This document shows positions 42,683 to 42,789 of a stretch of DNA of 42,789 bases, piece by piece. A model generated the notes under the pieces. The model made no database searches. It had not been told where the DNA came from and saw only the letters and a list, made by a program, of their open reading frames with translations. Position 1 is the first letter of the stretch, and the number at the start of each line of letters is the position of its first letter. Source of the stretch: a virus (taxonomy: Duplodnaviria > Caudoviricetes); IMG/VR virus record IMGVR_UViG_3300017650_000015, positions 1-42,789 of that record; one strand, given 5' to 3'. The translations under genes were made by a program, and so were the position numbers.

Positions 42683-42708
42683 GTGTCTACCAATTCCACC
42701 ACGCCCGC
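42667..42708 (-). pseudogene. 5' part of the disrupted host tRNA-Leu(TAG)
   Basis: GCGGGCGTGGTGGAATTGGTAGACACGCTGGATTTAGGTTCC, then phage sequence without T arm or acceptor complement; joined to 65-107 it gives a complete 85-nt tRNA. Confidence 0.93.
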
Positions 42709-42744
42709 AGCTGCCGTTTTTATTGGTCCGGCCAAGGCGCCGCC

Positions 42745-42772
42745 TCTATAGCATCCGCAAGGGTCGGGTCAA
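42745..42772 (-). promoter_or_regulatory. Host tRNA promoter
   Basis: TTGACC-N16-TATAGA (GCTATA) upstream of the tRNA 5' end. Confidence 0.7.
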
Positions 42773-42789
42773 TCAAAAAGCCGCTGGAA

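Noticed and set aside
42620-42708. Restored tRNA at the right junction
   Set aside because: Sequence after the core has no proper T arm, no complement to GCGGGCG and no CCA

Overview
The window is essentially one complete, apparently intact ~42.6-kb temperate T7-like (Autographiviridae-type) prophage, nearly all on the minus strand. It sits between 16-bp direct repeats (GGAACCTAAATCCAGC, 108-123 and 42667-42682) in the anticodon arm of a host tRNA-Leu(TAG); the SOS-box and promoter style suggest an alphaproteobacterial host. Reading leftwards from the right att site, the order is: single-subunit RNA polymerase, T7-like replication genes, virion genes (with a holin/spanin block between scaffold and capsid), terminase, a repeat-rich probable genome-end region, host-RNAP early genes, MarR-type repressor, tRNA, integrase. 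The notable non-coding features are: (1) three hammerhead ribozymes, one each of type III, II and I, in intergenic gaps of the early transcript, one overlapping a Shine-Dalgarno and two forming a circularly permuted pair; (2) integration splits the host tRNA without repairing it, and the phage carries its own complete tRNA-Leu(TAG) whose anticodon stem lacks the att core; (3) a perfect alphaproteobacterial LexA box abutting an opposite-strand zinc-ribbon ORF (candidate SOS antirepressor); (4) poly-C phage promoters (ATTACCCCCCACCCCAG) in exact T7 register but without the TATA melting element. All calls are from manual reading; no searches or folding programs were run.
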